A DNA stretch of 64,000 bases from Bugula neritina (Eukaryota; Animalia; Bryozoa). Below are positions 62,511 through 64,000 of the stretch, in pieces (positions within the stretch are counted from its first letter, which is position 1; every line of letters starts with the position of its first letter). The notes under the pieces are model-generated. The model was not told the origin of the DNA. It did not search any database and was given only the letters and a program-made list of their open reading frames with translations. Made by a program: the position numbers and the translations under genes. The stretch spans positions 3,132,662 through 3,196,661 of the forward strand of contig OZ037770.1 of the NCBI GenBank assembly GCA_964035545.1, written 5' to 3'.

Positions 62511-63420
62511 CATCTCTCACGTCTTCAGTAATTATACTTGTGTTCGTTGAAATTTATTTATAAAGAAAATTTTAAATTTTGTGTTTATGTGATTGAAAGA
62601 CTTTAATTTACTAATTTGCCCCAATTAAATATTTTAGTTTTTTAATGTTGCAAATAACATATTGTTTTAACTATTAGCTCAGCATTCAAGCTACAGTTTA
62701 AAATATTCAGTTATAATTATTTGTTGTTTAAAGTTGTTTTAATAAACTTTAACCTGCATAACTCTAATTAATTGCTATTTCTACTATTATTGGCCGTTTC
62801 TAACTATAAGTGGTATAATTATGCATTCAAGTTGCTTCCATCAACTTTTATCAAAATGATACATTTAAACTACAAACTTATAAAAAATGTTTTAGGAATA
62901 AACCTAATCATGAGCAGGTTGTAAATGATTTTAAACAAAGTAGCTTAATGTTCACCAGCTTTATACGCACTAAACTGAAATATTATTGATCTTTACTTCG
63001 AAACAAAAATAACTTCTATTAAATAAGATATAAACTTGCAGACAAGCCAAGTGTATTATAATATTTGTGATGATAAACAAAACTGTCAAAAATAATTTTC
63101 AAATTGATTTCCTGTTGCTTTGTAATTTACCCAGTGTATGACACAAATTGCATCTGCAGTTTTTTTATCCTCAATAGTGTCATGCAGCACAGCGTATATA
63201 CTAAAACACAGTATATATAAGTTTTCAAAAAATATGCATTAAAACAATATATCATAAAGCAAAGACAATGTCTATTATAATACAATATGTAATAACATAC
63301 AATACACAATTAAGTTTATGTTGCACCAAATTCACAAAAGGAACAGAAACTAGCTAGTAGAATACACTCATATAACTGGCTGCTCATAATTGCTTGCAAA
63401 GGTTTTGCTATAAAAACCTT

Positions 63421-63487
63421 CACCTCTACTGGGATTTGAACCACAGAACTCCGATTTGCAAGCAGGCAAACTAAACGTCGCACCACC
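63421..63487 (-). mobile_element. Second copy of the same tRNA-derived SINE head
   Basis: Reverse complement ...tttagtttgcctgcttgcaaatcggagttctgtggttcaaatccc... aligns with 55203-55275. Confidence 0.55.
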
Positions 63488-64000
63488 ATTAAACACTATT
63501 ATAATTGCAAGACCTCAAAAAGTTCACTTATAATTGCATTATTAAAAAATAGAAATTGCAGTACACTAAATACCATTATGTAAAAAAAGTCTTTAGTTAG
63601 AAAGTGCTAAAAATACAAATCACTTTAGCAGACGTGAGATATGAGCACGTAGCAGCATTTCAACTCGGCAGATGTCTCTCATTATTACCAATTGTTCTGT
63701 GATTATTGTAATAGATGCTGGTTTAGAACGTGACAAAACATTTATCTACTCTTGGCAAAATACCACATGATTTCGAGTAGTCCTCAGCACACTAAGTAGA
63801 CTGAGTTCTAGCTTTACTTAACAATAATCATAAGTCATCTATATATGGGACACTTAAATGAGTACTATATATCGATTGTTTATCTATTATACCAAGGCTA
63901 TAGATTACTTGCATGGTTGTATATTTATAACGTCAAGCTTTCCAGTGTTTGACAATTTGCTTACAAATTCGGTAATAGAATGACTGACTTAAAGACAAGT

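Overview
AT-rich, intron-containing animal (invertebrate) genomic DNA, not prokaryotic; the species cannot be determined from the sequence. From left to right: (1) the 5' end of a minus-strand multi-exon gene with an RFX X-box in its promoter, probably ciliary; (2) a MITE/LINE-fragment-rich spacer; (3) a nearly intronless minus-strand gene (about 1254 aa) with a GlnD/GlnE/DUF294-type nucleotidyltransferase fused to a long TPR solenoid, whose C-terminal 132-bp repeats are almost identical except at a few hypervariable codons; (4) immediately upstream on the same strand, a 9-kb array of repeated, splice-site-bounded but non-coding exon-like units; (5) a duplicated 3' half of AKIP1 carrying an RTE insertion, a 31-bp satellite, and a 5'-partial REV1 copy; (6) a near full-length PHD-ORF1 CR1/L2-type LINE; (7) an intact 6-exon 2OG-Fe(II) dioxygenase gene; (8) a decayed Gypsy LTR element; (9) the intact AKIP1 gene; (10) two tandem paralogous genes for secreted Cys-containing proteins of a family I do not recognise. 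The best candidate for an undescribed system is the nucleotidyltransferase-TPR gene, a possible variable receptor-enzyme, together with its repetitive non-coding exon array. All gene models and family calls were made by hand from splice signals, translation and recalled motifs; no database search was run.
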